Below are positions 40,952-50,757 of a stretch of DNA of 64,000 bases, piece after piece. Positions within the stretch are counted from its first letter, which is position 1, and every line of letters begins with the position of its first letter. This DNA is from an uncultured Bacillota bacterium (GTDB lineage: Bacteria > Sysuimicrobiota > Sysuimicrobiia > Sysuimicrobiales > Segetimicrobiaceae): the NCBI GenBank assembly GCA_963804645.1, contig CAWDRG010000008.1:1-64000 (forward strand), written 5' to 3'. The translations under genes were made by a program, and so were the position numbers. The notes beneath the pieces were generated by a model. It had not been told where the DNA came from. It was given only the letters and a program-made list of their open reading frames with translations, and did not search any database.

Positions 40952-41736
40952 TACATCAGGCCGGCGGCCCGGTACAGCAGCAGTGCCGCCGCGGCGGCCA
41001 CGTTCAGGGACTCCACGGCGCCCGCGGTCGGCACGCGCACCAGCGCCGCGCCCGCGCGCTGCCACGCGGCGTCGGCCCCCGCCCCCTCATTGCCGAAGAC
41101 CAGCGCGAGCGGGCGCAAGAACGGCATCGTGGCAGCCGGCGCCCCACCGTGCGGGTCGGCGACGATCAGCCGGACTCCCGCGTCCGCCAGCGCCGCCGCC
41201 GCGGCCGCCGCAGTCTCGAAGTGACAGGACGGCACCCGGAACGCGGCACCCGCGGACGCCCGCAGGGCCTTCGGACCGAACGGATCCGCGGCGGATCCCG
41301 CGGTCACCACGACCGTCGCGCCCGCCGCGGCCGCGGTCCGCACGATCGCGCCCACATTGCCCGGGTCCTGCACGCCGTCGAGTACGGCCGCGAATGTCTC
41401 GGCGGCGGCCAGCTGCGACATCTCGGGCGGTGCCGGGCGCGCGGCGATCCCCAGCGCACCCTGCGGCGCCTCGACCTGCGTCAGCGCCGCGAACACCTCG
41501 GGCGACACGACCACCTCGCGGGCGCCCAACGACCGCAGTCGATCCCGGAGCGCGGCACGGCGCGGGTCGGCGGCCGACTCCGGCGTGTAGACCGCGAGGT
41601 CGAAGCGCACCCCCGCCTCGGCGGCGGCGGCCAGCACGCGCCACCCCTCCACGGGCACGCGTGCGGCCCTACGCGTCGGCGACCGCACGAGCCCGCGCAG
41701 CTCGCGGATCAGGGCGTTGCCGCGACTCGTGATCAT
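40951..41736 (-). CDS. TrmH/SpoU-family RNA methyltransferase
   Basis: ITSRGN, DGVQDPGNVGAIVRTA, FGNEGAG, ESLNVA. Confidence 0.92.
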   Translation of the reverse strand: MITSRGNALIRELRGLVRSPTRRAARVPVEGWRVLAAAAEAGVRFDLAVYTPESAADPRRAALRDRLRSLGAREVVVSPEVFAALTQVEAPQGALGIAARPAPPEMSQLAAAETFAAVLDGVQDPGNVGAIVRTAAAAGATVVVTAGSAADPFGPKALRASAGAAFRVPSCHFETAAAAAAALADAGVRLIVADPHGGAPAATMPFLRPLALVFGNEGAGADAAWQRAGAALVRVPTAGAVESLNVAAAAALLLYRAAGLM

Positions 41737-41760
41737 CGCGAGGGCGGCCGAGCCGTCACG

Positions 41761-41797
41761 CGACGAGCCCTCCCCGGAAACCGGGGAGGGCTCGTCG
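41761..41797. terminator. Perfect 17-bp GC hairpin after rplT (no U-tract)
   Basis: CGACGAGCCCTCCCCGG-AAA-CCGGGGAGGGCTCGTCG. Confidence 0.55.
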
Positions 41798-41815
41798 ACC
41801 ACCGCGCCGCCGTGA

Positions 41816-42169
41816 CTACTTCTCCGTCTCGACCCGCTTGACCAGCGCTTCGAACGCGTGGTTGTCGCGCACGGCCAGATCCGCAAGAATCTTCCGGTTG
41901 ACCCGAATCCCGGCCCGCCGCAGCCCGCAGATCAGACGGCTGTACGACGTCCCGTGCGTCCGCGCCGCCGCGTTGATGCGGGCGATCCACAGACGGCGGA
42001 AATCGCGCTTCCGTGCCCGCCGGTGCGCGTACGCCTGCGCCAGCGCACGCAGCACCGTCTGGTTCGCCATCTTGAACCAGCGGCTCTTCTTGCCCCAGTA
42101 GCCCTTGGCCAGCTTCAGCACCTTGCGGTGCCGATGCTTGGCCACCATACCTCGTTTGACGCGCGCCAT
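41816..42169 (-). CDS. rplT: 50S ribosomal protein L20
   Basis: [31 protein letters not shown]. Confidence 0.98.
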   Translation of the reverse strand: MARVKRGMVAKHRHRKVLKLAKGYWGKKSRWFKMANQTVLRALAQAYAHRRARKRDFRRLWIARINAAARTHGTSYSRLICGLRRAGIRVNRKILADLAVRDNHAFEALVKRVETEK

Positions 42170-42202
42170 CGAACGCCCCTCCTCTGCGCGAACTCGTGCG
42201 GA

Positions 42203-42400
42203 CTAGGAGTACGGCAGGAGCCGCTTGAGCCGCTTCGCGTCGCTCCCGACGATCTCTCGTGTCTGATGCAGCGAGCGCTTCCGCGACCCCCGCTTGTGCT
42301 CCATGAGATGCCCGCCCAACTGCCGGCCGCGGAGGAGCTTCCCGCTGCCGGTGACGCGCAGCCGTTTGGACGCCCCGCCGTGCGTTTTCAGCTTTGCCAT
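42203..42400 (-). CDS. rpmI: 50S ribosomal protein L35
   Basis: MAKLKTHGGASKRLRVTGSGK; lies between infC and rplT. Confidence 0.96.
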   Translation of the reverse strand: MAKLKTHGGASKRLRVTGSGKLLRGRQLGGHLMEHKRGSRKRSLHQTREIVGSDAKRLKRLLPYS

Positions 42401-42464
42401 GTGTCCCCCTCCTCGCGCCCGCCGGACGGGATAGCCCGGAGGCGCCCCGACGCGACGTGCGCCG

Positions 42465-42992
42465 TCAGTTCTTCTTCGGCGCCATGATCATGATCATGTT
42501 GCGGCCTTCCATCAGCGGCTGGCGCTCCACGACCCCGACATCCAGCAGTTGACTGGCCATCCGCTTCAGAATCGACTCGCCGACCTGCGGATGCGCCATC
42601 TCGCGGCCGCGAAACCACATCGACACGCGGACCTTGTCGCCGTCCTTCAGAAACCCGCTGACCGCGCGGGTCTTGACCTGCAGGTCGTGCTCCCCGATCT
42701 TCGGGCTCAAGCGCATGCCCTTCAGTTCGGACGTCTTCGCCTTCTTGTGCGCGAGCCGCTCGCGCTTCGCCTGTTCGTACTTGTACTTCCCGAAGTCCAT
42801 GACGCGGCACACGGGAGGCGCCGCGGTGGGTGCCACCTCGACCAGGTCGACCCCCGCCTCCTGAGCCTTGGCCAGCGCGTCCTGCAGCGACAACACACCG
42901 AGTTGCTCGCCGGCGGCCCCGATCAGCCGGACCTCCTTGGCCCGGATGCGACTGTTGATCCGCGTTTCGCGCTCACGCTCGACAGGTGCGAT
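42465..42992 (-). CDS. infC: Translation initiation factor IF-3, probable ATC start
   Basis: RINSRIRAKEVRLIG, DLVEVAP..PPVCRVMDFGKYKYE, FRGREM. An in-frame TGA lies 9 nt upstream of ATC 42992, with SD-like AAAGGGGG. Confidence 0.95.
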   Translation of the reverse strand: MAPVERERETRINSRIRAKEVRLIGAAGEQLGVLSLQDALAKAQEAGVDLVEVAPTAAPPVCRVMDFGKYKYEQAKRERLAHKKAKTSELKGMRLSPKIGEHDLQVKTRAVSGFLKDGDKVRVSMWFRGREMAHPQVGESILKRMASQLLDVGVVERQPLMEGRNMIMIMAPKKN

Positions 42993-43021
42993 GGGTGTTC
43001 AGCCCCCTTTAATGGTCTCTC

Positions 43022-43143
43022 CCCAAATCAACGAGGGGATGGCAACGCCATCCCCTCCACGTCGATCGACCTCTCGGTGGACCTTACCGGCAACCGCGTC
43101 CGCACGCCGGCGCCGTAAGGTGAGAAGCGGATGGCTTCTACTT
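43022..43143 (-). ncRNA. L20 leader (ribosomal protein leader) with terminator
   Basis: AAGTAGAAGCCATCCGCTTCTCACCTTAC...GTAAGGT; terminator GAGGGGATGGC/GCCATCCCCTC. Promoter TTGATT-17-TACAAT at 43150-43178. Confidence 0.85.
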
Positions 43144-43178
43144 GTGGCGATTGTAGCACAGGTGCACCCCGGAATCAA

Positions 43179-45446
43179 TCAACGAATCCCGCGCTCCCCG
43201 GCCCCGGTCGGGTACCAGGGCAGCACCCGAGCCACCACGAGAGCCTGATCGTCCTTCGGCCCGGCCACGCCCCATTCCCCGACCGCGCGCATGATGCGGT
43301 CGGCGATGTCCTGCGGTGGGGCCTCCCGGCCTGCGACGAGCAGCGGGCCGAGCCGCTCCTCGCCAAACTCCTCACCGTCGGCGTTGCGCGCCTCGGTGAT
43401 CCCGTCGGTGAACAGCAGCAGGAGATCGCCCGGGTGCACCGTCAACTCGGTCGCCGCATACCGCGCGTCGGGGCTCACGCCGAGCAGGAGGCCCCGGGCG
43501 TCGAGCGGACGCGGGTCCGATGCGCCGTGACGCAGCAGCAGCGGCGCCGGATGCCCGGCGCAGGTGCAGCGCAGCGTGCCCGCCGCGGCGTCCACGACGG
43601 CGTAGAACAGCGTCACGAACAGCGCCGAGGCCGCGTCTTGGGTGAGCACGGCGTTCATCCGGGCGAGCACCGTTTCGGGCGGCCGCCCGTCGAGCGCGAA
43701 CGCTTCGAGCAGATAGCGGCCCCGCGCGGAGAGCGCAGCCGCCGGAATGCCTTTGCCCGTGACGTCCGCGATCGCCAGGCCCACCTGCCCGCGGGCGAGC
43801 GGAAAAATCGCGTAGAAGTCGCCGCCGACCTCGCGGCTCGGCAGGTACCGGCCGGCGGCGATGACGCCCGGGAGCTCTACGCTCGACGTCGGCACGAGGG
43901 CCTGTTGAATGACGCCCGCGATCTCCTGCTGCCGCTCGTAGGCCCGCGCGTTGTCGACCGCGAGCGCGACCCGGTCCGCGAACGCCTCGAGCAGTCCGAT
44001 CTCCCGCGCGCGGAACTCGCGCGGCAGCCGGGACAGCACCAGGATCACCCCGATCACCCGCCCGCCGACCCGCAGCGGCACGCCCAGCGCGGCCCGCACG
44101 CCGTCGGCCAGCAGCCCCGGATCGATCACCCGCAGCGCGTCCGGCCCCGACAAGGCGAGCGGCCGTCCCCCATCCGCGACGCGGCCGGCAAGCCCGGCCC
44201 CGGGCTCGCGGCCGGCGTCGGACGCCGATCCACCGCCTACGCCGACCGGCACGCCGAGGCGCCCGGTCGTCTCATCGATGAACCACACCGTCCCCCCGTC
44301 CGCCCCGAGCGCGGCCGCGATCTGCTGCACGAGGGTGGGGAGCAGATCGTCCAGCCGGACCGTCGACAGCGCCGCATCGCTGACGGCCTGCAGCGCGTTC
44401 ATCTCGCTCATCGATCGCCCAAGACGCTCGCTCATCTCGTCGAACGCGGCACCGAGCTCCCCCAACTCATCCTGCCGGCGCAGCGCTACGCGGTACTCAG
44501 TCTCACCCCGGCCGAGCGCGCGCGCGCCACGGGCAAGCGCGAGGATCGGGGCGCTCAACCCGCCGCCAAGCGTCCAGGCCAGGCCGAGACCGCACAGCAC
44601 GGCGCCGAGGAACCACGCGAGCTCCGCCTGCGCGGCGCGCTGGACCGGCTGTAGCGCCACCGCCTCCGGCTCAAGCACGATCGCGGCCCAGCCAAGGGTC
44701 GGGATCGGCGCCGCCGCCCCGAGCTCAGCGACACCGGTCCGAGGATCCGCGTATCCCGTGATCGGCACCACCTGACCGGCCAATGCGGCTCGCACGGCCG
44801 GCAGCGAGCGCAGCGACGAGGACGGCCGATCTCCGCGGCGCAGATCGAGGACGGTGCGACCGGCACCGTCGACGATCATGCCGTCCATCTCGGGGGCAAC
44901 GTCGGTGGCCATCTCGGGTCGCACCGCCTCAAGATTGACGACCCCGTCCACGACCGCGGTAAGGCGTCCCGCCACGCTGATGCGCGAAGCGACCTCCAGA
45001 CTCGACCGCCCCGTGACCGTGACGATCCCGCGGGCCGCCCACGGCGCATCGACCCTGGCAGCGTCGAACGCGGGGCGCTCCATCAGGTTCGCGCGCGGGT
45101 CGCCTGCGGGATCCGACGCTTCGACGTGGCCGTCTGGTCTCGCCAGACCGAGCCAGAGAAACGACGGGTCGTTCGCCCGGATCGTGCCGAAGAGGTGCGT
45201 GATGCCGGCAAGGGGGTAGGGTTGGCTCTCCACCGCCGACCCCGCCGCAAGCTCGGCGTGGGCGATGTTCGCGACGAACATCTCGACGTCCGCCGCCACC
45301 GCCTGCGCCGCGTCCTCCTGAGCGTGCAGCACGGCGTCCCGGCGCTCACGATCTTGGTCCGCGTACAGGCGGACCCCAGCGATCAACACCGGGACCATGC
45401 ACACGAGGATCACGCACGCAACTTTCTCGCGAATGCCGAACCGCAT
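43179..45446 (-). CDS. PP2C/SpoIIE-type phosphatase with Cache, HAMP and GAF domains
   Basis: Two TM helices, RQDELGELGAAF (HAMP), GAF, VGGDFY, IADVTGKG, FTDGITEA, DDQALVV. Confidence 0.9.
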   Translation of the reverse strand: MRFGIREKVACVILVCMVPVLIAGVRLYADQDRERRDAVLHAQEDAAQAVAADVEMFVANIAHAELAAGSAVESQPYPLAGITHLFGTIRANDPSFLWLGLARPDGHVEASDPAGDPRANLMERPAFDAARVDAPWAARGIVTVTGRSSLEVASRISVAGRLTAVVDGVVNLEAVRPEMATDVAPEMDGMIVDGAGRTVLDLRRGDRPSSSLRSLPAVRAALAGQVVPITGYADPRTGVAELGAAAPIPTLGWAAIVLEPEAVALQPVQRAAQAELAWFLGAVLCGLGLAWTLGGGLSAPILALARGARALGRGETEYRVALRRQDELGELGAAFDEMSERLGRSMSEMNALQAVSDAALSTVRLDDLLPTLVQQIAAALGADGGTVWFIDETTGRLGVPVGVGGGSASDAGREPGAGLAGRVADGGRPLALSGPDALRVIDPGLLADGVRAALGVPLRVGGRVIGVILVLSRLPREFRAREIGLLEAFADRVALAVDNARAYERQQEIAGVIQQALVPTSSVELPGVIAAGRYLPSREVGGDFYAIFPLARGQVGLAIADVTGKGIPAAALSARGRYLLEAFALDGRPPETVLARMNAVLTQDAASALFVTLFYAVVDAAAGTLRCTCAGHPAPLLLRHGASDPRPLDARGLLLGVSPDARYAATELTVHPGDLLLLFTDGITEARNADGEEFGEERLGPLLVAGREAPPQDIADRIMRAVGEWGVAGPKDDQALVVARVLPWYPTGAGERGIR

Positions 45447-45526
45447 CGTTCTCCCCGCCCGGACGCCGCGCCCGTCGGCGGAAGGCGCGGGATGCCCGCG
45501 ACTCAGCGGCGACGCCGCGCGCGGCC

Positions 45527-45889
45527 TCAGGATTGACGCGGCGCGCGCGACCGGACCCGCGCGAGCGCCTCGGACTCCGTCGCGGACAGCGAAAAGACCT
45601 GATCCAATCCCGTGATCGTGAACAGCTTGGCGATCTTGGCCTCGGTGGACACGAGCGCCAGTTCTCCATCCCGCTCGCGCACGCGCTTCAGCGCGGCCGT
45701 CAGCACGCGCAGCCCGGTGCTGTCCATGTAGGTCGTGCGTGCGAGATTGACGACCACCAGCGGTGGCGCGCCCGTGGCCCCCCGCGTCAGGGCGTCTTCC
45801 AACCGTGGCGCCGTGTACAGGTCCACTTCGCCCGCCACGTCGACCACCGTGACCGTCCCCTCACTCCGAACCCCGACTTCGAAATCCAT
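45527..45889 (-). CDS. STAS-domain anti-sigma factor antagonist
   Basis: GEVDLYTAP, YMDSTGL, LFTITGL. Confidence 0.92.
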   Translation of the reverse strand: MDFEVGVRSEGTVTVVDVAGEVDLYTAPRLEDALTRGATGAPPLVVVNLARTTYMDSTGLRVLTAALKRVRERDGELALVSTEAKIAKLFTITGLDQVFSLSATESEALARVRSRAPRQS

Positions 45890-45920
45890 CCCGATCCCTC
45901 CCGGCGCGCGGCGATTGCCG

Positions 45921-46202
45921 TCAATCGACCGTGCCGACGGCCGTGGCGGCCTGATACAGCGCGATCCCCTTGTTCGCCACCGCGGATGCCACGAAACCCA
46001 ATACGATCAAGAATCCGACCTTGATTCCGGCGACGAGCATGCTGTCGCCGACCGAACGCCCGGACACGGCCGACGCGAGCGCCCCCGAGGACACAAACTC
46101 CACGTACGCCCAATAAAAGACGAGCAGCAGCAGCACCACGCCGAGCACAAACACGCCCAGTCCTGCACCCCGCCCGAGCCCGTCCCGTCCGACCCGCGCC
46201 AT
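45921..46202 (-). CDS. Small hypothetical membrane protein (2 TM)
   Basis: Two hydrophobic helices; SD GAGGGG before the ATG. Confidence 0.65.
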   Translation of the reverse strand: MARVGRDGLGRGAGLGVFVLGVVLLLLVFYWAYVEFVSSGALASAVSGRSVGDSMLVAGIKVGFLIVLGFVASAVANKGIALYQAATAVGTVD

Positions 46203-46216
46203 TCGACCCCCCTCGG

Positions 46217-47017
46217 CTACTCCAGCCTCGCGTGCGCCAACGCCGTCTGACACGAACACGCCCGCGTACGCGGGAGGCGTTCGATCATCGCGAAAAGGAG
46301 GCGCCGGAGCTTCTCGTTGTTCTCCTGAAAGACTTTGAGCACGGCCTCGTGCGTCACCGGCGCCGCCGTCGGATCGCCGACGACCCCGACGTCATAATCG
46401 GTGATCAGCGAAATGTTCACGTAGCACAGCTCCAGTTCCCGTGCCAGGATGCCTTCAGGGTAGTTGGTCATGTTGATGACCTCCCACCCCTGGCCGCTGA
46501 ACCACCGGCTCTCCGACCGGGTGCTGAACCGCGGCCCCTGAATGACCACCACGGTGCCGCGATCGTGCACCGTGATGCCGAGCGCCCGCGCGGTCTCCGC
46601 CGCCAACCCCCGCAGCGTCGGGCAGTACGGATCCGCCGCCGACACGTGGGTGACGATCGGCCCGTCGTAGAACGTGTCCGCCCGCCCCCAGGTACGGTCC
46701 ACGAACTGGTCGCAGATGACGAACTCGCCCGGCCGAACGTGCGGCTGCAGGCTGCCGGCGGCGCAGGGGCCGAACACCCATTCCACCCCCAACGACTTCA
46801 TGGCCCATACGTTCGCGCGGTAGTTGATCTTGGCAGGGGGGAGGCGGTGCGTCCGGCCGTGCCGCGGGAGAAATGCCACAGATCGACCGCCGATCTCGGC
46901 GATCGTGACCGCGTCGCTCGGCTCGCCGTACGGGGTGTCGATCTTGTGCTCTCGCGCACCCTCCAGCAGCGAATAGAACCCAGACCCCCCGAACACCCCA
47001 ATCTCTGCGTGCGCCAC
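46217..47017 (-). CDS. mtnP: S-methyl-5'-thioadenosine phosphorylase
   Basis: IGVFGGSG, FLPRHG, INYRAN, QGPRFSTRSES, ITDYD. SD AAGGAGG. Confidence 0.9.
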   Translation of the reverse strand: MAHAEIGVFGGSGFYSLLEGAREHKIDTPYGEPSDAVTIAEIGGRSVAFLPRHGRTHRLPPAKINYRANVWAMKSLGVEWVFGPCAAGSLQPHVRPGEFVICDQFVDRTWGRADTFYDGPIVTHVSAADPYCPTLRGLAAETARALGITVHDRGTVVVIQGPRFSTRSESRWFSGQGWEVINMTNYPEGILARELELCYVNISLITDYDVGVVGDPTAAPVTHEAVLKVFQENNEKLRRLLFAMIERLPRTRACSCQTALAHARLE

Positions 47018-47039
47018 CCGTCTCCTCCTTACCCCATGA

Positions 47040-48083
47040 TCACGAGTGCCGAAACGCGTCCGGGGCGCCCGGCCCGGATCGGCCGGCCAGAATCCCCGCC
47101 AGGACCTGGGAATCGATGTTTGCCCCCGAGACAATGCAGACGACCGTCCCGGTGCCCGCGCGGCCGTCGAGCGCGGCCGCCACGGAGGCCGCCCCCGCTC
47201 CCTCGGCGACGATGCCGTTCCGCTCCGCCAGCAGGCGCACCGCCGCCGCCACCTGGTCCACGGACATCACCGCTGAGCCGGCGAGCAGCACCCGCGCGAG
47301 CTCCCACATCTCCGGCAGCACCCGCGGCGCCCCAATGCCGTCGACGAACGACGGCACGTACTCGACGTCGGTCGGGCGGCCGGCCGCCAGCGAGGCCGCC
47401 AGCGGCGCGGCGGTGGCCACCTCCGCAGCCATCACCGCGACGCGCGGCGCGAGGGCGCGCAGCGCCGAGGCGATCCCGCAGGCCAGCCCCCCGCCCCCGA
47501 AGGGCACGAGCACCGCGTCGAGATCGGGCAGGTCCTCGACGATCTCGATTCCGATTGTACCGTTCCCCGCCATGACCGCGCGATCGCTAAAAGGATGGAT
47601 GAACAACCCCCGCATCCCTTCGAACCGCCTGGTCTGGAACACCTCAAACCATTGGGCCGGCGGGACCTTGACCACCGTTCCCCCGAGCCGCTGGATCGCC
47701 CGGACCTTCGTCTCCGGAATGTGGTCGGGAACGACCACGCTGCACGACAGGCCCCGGTCCCGCGCGTACCACGCGACCGCCTGGGCCATGTTCCCGGCGC
47801 TCGCGGTCCACACGCCGTGCGCGAGTTGACCCGGGGACGCGACCGCGATCGCATTGCCCGCGCCCCGCAGCTTGAACGAGCCGATCGCCTGCAGGCTCTC
47901 CAGTTTGAGGTAGATCCTGGCCGGCGCTCCGTCGGCGCGCAGCGGCACTAGCGGTGTCCGGATCACGCTCCCGGCGATGCGCCCGTGTGCCGCGCGAATC
48001 TCGTCCAGCGGGATCGGGCCCGGCGCGGTTGATCGGCTCACGTTGCGGGACTCCCGAGGCAGCGCCCGAGACGGGCGGGACAT
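47040..48083 (-). CDS. PLP-dependent threonine/serine dehydratase family protein
   Basis: KLESLQAIGSFKLRGA, SAGNMAQ, PFGGGGL, VSGANID. Confidence 0.88.
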   Translation of the reverse strand: MSRPSRALPRESRNVSRSTAPGPIPLDEIRAAHGRIAGSVIRTPLVPLRADGAPARIYLKLESLQAIGSFKLRGAGNAIAVASPGQLAHGVWTASAGNMAQAVAWYARDRGLSCSVVVPDHIPETKVRAIQRLGGTVVKVPPAQWFEVFQTRRFEGMRGLFIHPFSDRAVMAGNGTIGIEIVEDLPDLDAVLVPFGGGGLACGIASALRALAPRVAVMAAEVATAAPLAASLAAGRPTDVEYVPSFVDGIGAPRVLPEMWELARVLLAGSAVMSVDQVAAAVRLLAERNGIVAEGAGAASVAAALDGRAGTGTVVCIVSGANIDSQVLAGILAGRSGPGAPDAFRHS

Positions 48084-48380
48084 GCCCCCATTCACTGCGA
48101 TGATACCATCCGGCACGCGCAACCGCGAGGCGGGTGACCGCCGCCGCGTGGGTGCATGTCGGACCGCGGGCGTGGTGCGCCATCGCGGCGCCTCACGGGG
48201 CGCGTATCACCGGACACACCCCGCAGGGACCCTCCCAACGGCGATGCGACGTGCCGGTCTTCTTCGGACGGGGACCGTCGACCGAGGCGGCCGACGAGGA
48301 CCGGCTGTTCGAGATGAAGAAGATACCATGTATCGTCTCCAGCCCGCCTCGCCCCATTCAGCCGCACCGGGAGGTGTCCG

Positions 48381-49565
48381 ATGCCCGCTCGATATACCCT
48401 CTACGAAGAGCCGCGCGCGTTCCGCACGCCCAGCCGGGTGTGGTACGGCGCGGGCGCCGCCGCGCGGACCGGAGCCTGCGCGCAGGAACTGGGGATCCCG
48501 GCCGGCCCGACGCTGCTTGTCACCGACGCGGTCGTCGACAAGCTCGGCCTGGCCCGGGAGGCGGCCGCGGGCCTCGAGGCCGCGGGGTACACGCTCAGCC
48601 GGTTCTCCGATATTCCCGGTGAGCCGACCGCCGAGGTCGCGGACCGGGCCGCGGCGGTGGCGCGCCAACTGGCGCCCGTGCTCGTCGTGGGCGTGGGCGG
48701 CGGCAGCGTGATGGATGTCGCGAAGCTCGCCGCGGCGCTCGTCGGCAATCCGGGCGGCGTGATGGAGTACACCAACTTCGGCGACAAGCGGTTCGCGCGG
48801 CCGGCCGTCCCGGTGATCCTCGTGCCGACCACCGCCGGCACCGGCGCGGAGGCCAGCCCGAACGCCGTCGTCACGAGCGGGCACCGCAAGGCGTTCGCCA
48901 ACAACTACCCGCAGCTGCTCGCCGCAGCCGCCGTCCTCGATCCGCGCCTGACGGCGTCGCTGCCGCCGGTCGTGACCGCGCACACGGGGCTCGACGCGCT
49001 GAGCCACTGCGTCGAGGGCATGCTGTCGACGAACGCGACCGCGCTGACGGACCTCGCCGCCACCCAGGGCATCGGGCTGATCACCCGCGCGCTCCCGCGG
49101 GCCTACGCGGCGGGGAACGACGCGCACGCCCGCGCCGAGATGCTGCTCGGCGCGTATCTCGGCGGCCAGTCGCTGAACGCCGGCATGGTGCTCGGCCACT
49201 CGATCGCGTACACGATTGCGAATCGCCTCCACCTGCCCCACGGGTTCTCGTGCGCGCTCGCGCTGCCGTACACGGTCGCCTACAACCGCGACGCCGCGCA
49301 GGAACGGCTGGGAAAAATCGGCGAGGCGGCCGGGATCGACGGCGGCCGCGTCGTGCAGCGGATCCAGTCGCTGGGGCAGGACGTCGGCATTCCGGAGGCG
49401 CTTCGCACGCTCGGCCTGGAGCGGGACCGGCTCCCCGAGATGGTCACCGAGTGCCTCGAACTGTACCCGCGCCCCAACAATCCGCGGCCGCTCGAACGCG
49501 ACGCGCTGTTGTCGCTCTACCAGGCGATGTGGGAAGGCCGACCGGCGGACGCGTGGACCGCGTGA
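48381..49565 (+). CDS. Iron-containing alcohol dehydrogenase
   Basis: GGGSVMD, PTTAGTGAE, DALSHCVE, GHSIA...HG. Confidence 0.92.
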   Translation: MPARYTLYEEPRAFRTPSRVWYGAGAAARTGACAQELGIPAGPTLLVTDAVVDKLGLAREAAAGLEAAGYTLSRFSDIPGEPTAEVADRAAAVARQLAPVLVVGVGGGSVMDVAKLAAALVGNPGGVMEYTNFGDKRFARPAVPVILVPTTAGTGAEASPNAVVTSGHRKAFANNYPQLLAAAAVLDPRLTASLPPVVTAHTGLDALSHCVEGMLSTNATALTDLAATQGIGLITRALPRAYAAGNDAHARAEMLLGAYLGGQSLNAGMVLGHSIAYTIANRLHLPHGFSCALALPYTVAYNRDAAQERLGKIGEAAGIDGGRVVQRIQSLGQDVGIPEALRTLGLERDRLPEMVTECLELYPRPNNPRPLERDALLSLYQAMWEGRPADAWTA

Positions 49566-50215
49566 GCCGTGCCGCCGATCCGCGCGCGGTCCTGTTCGAT
49601 CTCGACGGCACGCTGCTCGACAGCGCCGAGCTGATCATCACCGCGTTTCAGGAGACGTGCCGGCACCTCCTCCACCGCGAGGTCGACCGCGAGACGATCC
49701 TCCGCGAGTGGGCCCGGCCGATCCGCGAGCGGTTCCACGCGCTGGCGCCCGATCGGGACGAAGCGCTGTCGCAGGAATATCTGCGGCGGTATCTCGCGCT
49801 GCACAGCCAGCGGGCGCGGCTGTTCCCGGGCGTGACCGACGTGCTCGAGGCGCTGCGCGCGCGCGGCTACCCGATGGCGATCGTCACGTCGAAGCGCCGG
49901 GCGACGACCCAAGCCGCCCTCGACGCGTTTCACCTCGACCGGTGGTGCTCCGTGGTGATCGCCGACGAGGACGTGACGCGACACAAGCCGGATCCCGAAC
50001 CGGTCCGCCTGGCGTCCGAGCGCCTCGGCGTGCGGCCGGAAAACGCCCTGATGGTCGGCGACACGCCGCTCGACATCACGTCGGGCCGCACCGCGGACGC
50101 GAGCACGGCCGCCGCGCTGTGGGGGACGGTCGACGCGGCGGCGCTGCGCGCCGCGGCACCCGACCACGAGCTCGCGCATCCCGCGGACCTGCTGCCGCTC
50201 TGTCCGCCGCGGTAG
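49562..50215 (+). CDS. HAD-IA hydrolase (PpaX/phosphoglycolate phosphatase-like)
   Basis: FDLDGTLLDS, VTSK, KPDPEP, MVGDTPLD. Confidence 0.9.
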   Translation: MSRAADPRAVLFDLDGTLLDSAELIITAFQETCRHLLHREVDRETILREWARPIRERFHALAPDRDEALSQEYLRRYLALHSQRARLFPGVTDVLEALRARGYPMAIVTSKRRATTQAALDAFHLDRWCSVVIADEDVTRHKPDPEPVRLASERLGVRPENALMVGDTPLDITSGRTADASTAAALWGTVDAAALRAAAPDHELAHPADLLPLCPPR

Positions 50216-50239
50216 CCGCGGGGCGGCGGCGCGGGGACG

Positions 50240-50757
50240 TCAGCGCGCCGGACCGAAGACGTCGATCCGGACGATGGGCCACCCATCCGGACCGCCCGAC
50301 CTCGGCCCCAGGTAGACTGCGATGCCGCTCCGGTCGTAGACCCACGCCGTCTACGCCGGCGCGGTCACCGACCGTGTCGGCGGACCCATCGTAAGCCGCA
50401 CGGCTCGACCGATCGCGCCGACCCGCAGCGCATTCACCAGTGAATAGTCCGCGCTCCCGACGATGCCCACCGCGTACCCGCGGCCGTCCGGCCCGACCAA
50501 ACCGCGTCACGCCGTTGCGCCAGAGGGACTGGACGGATTCCGGCGGCGCGGCGATGACGGTCGGCGCGGCCACGCGCCGATGCGAGACCGGCGGCCTGAA
50601 CATCGTCGCCGCCGCCTGATCGACCGTCATGCCGAGCGACACGCCCCCGATCGCATACCCGGGCGTGATCCGAAAGTCCGTGACTTCCTGCGCGCCCGCC
50701 GGGACCGCCGGCAGGACCGCGAGCAGCAGGAGCGCCGCCGCCCGTCCACCGCGTCAC
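50240..50757 (-). pseudogene. Disrupted secreted hypothetical protein (two frameshifts and an in-frame TAG)
   Basis: Reconstructs as MTRWT/AAALLLLAVLPAVPAGAQEVTDFRITPGYAIGGVSLGM...NGVT/GLVGPDG...TAPA*TAWVYDRSGIAVYLG...DVFGPAR. Confidence 0.5.

Noticed and set aside
48092..48367. 91-aa minus-strand ORF between the dehydratase and ADH genes
   Set aside because: No recognisable motif or RBS, and it occupies a divergent promoter region.
49562..50215. HAD hydrolase as part of the fluoride regulon
   Set aside because: It lies 24 kb from the riboswitches, is coupled to the ADH gene, and no crcB motif is seen upstream.
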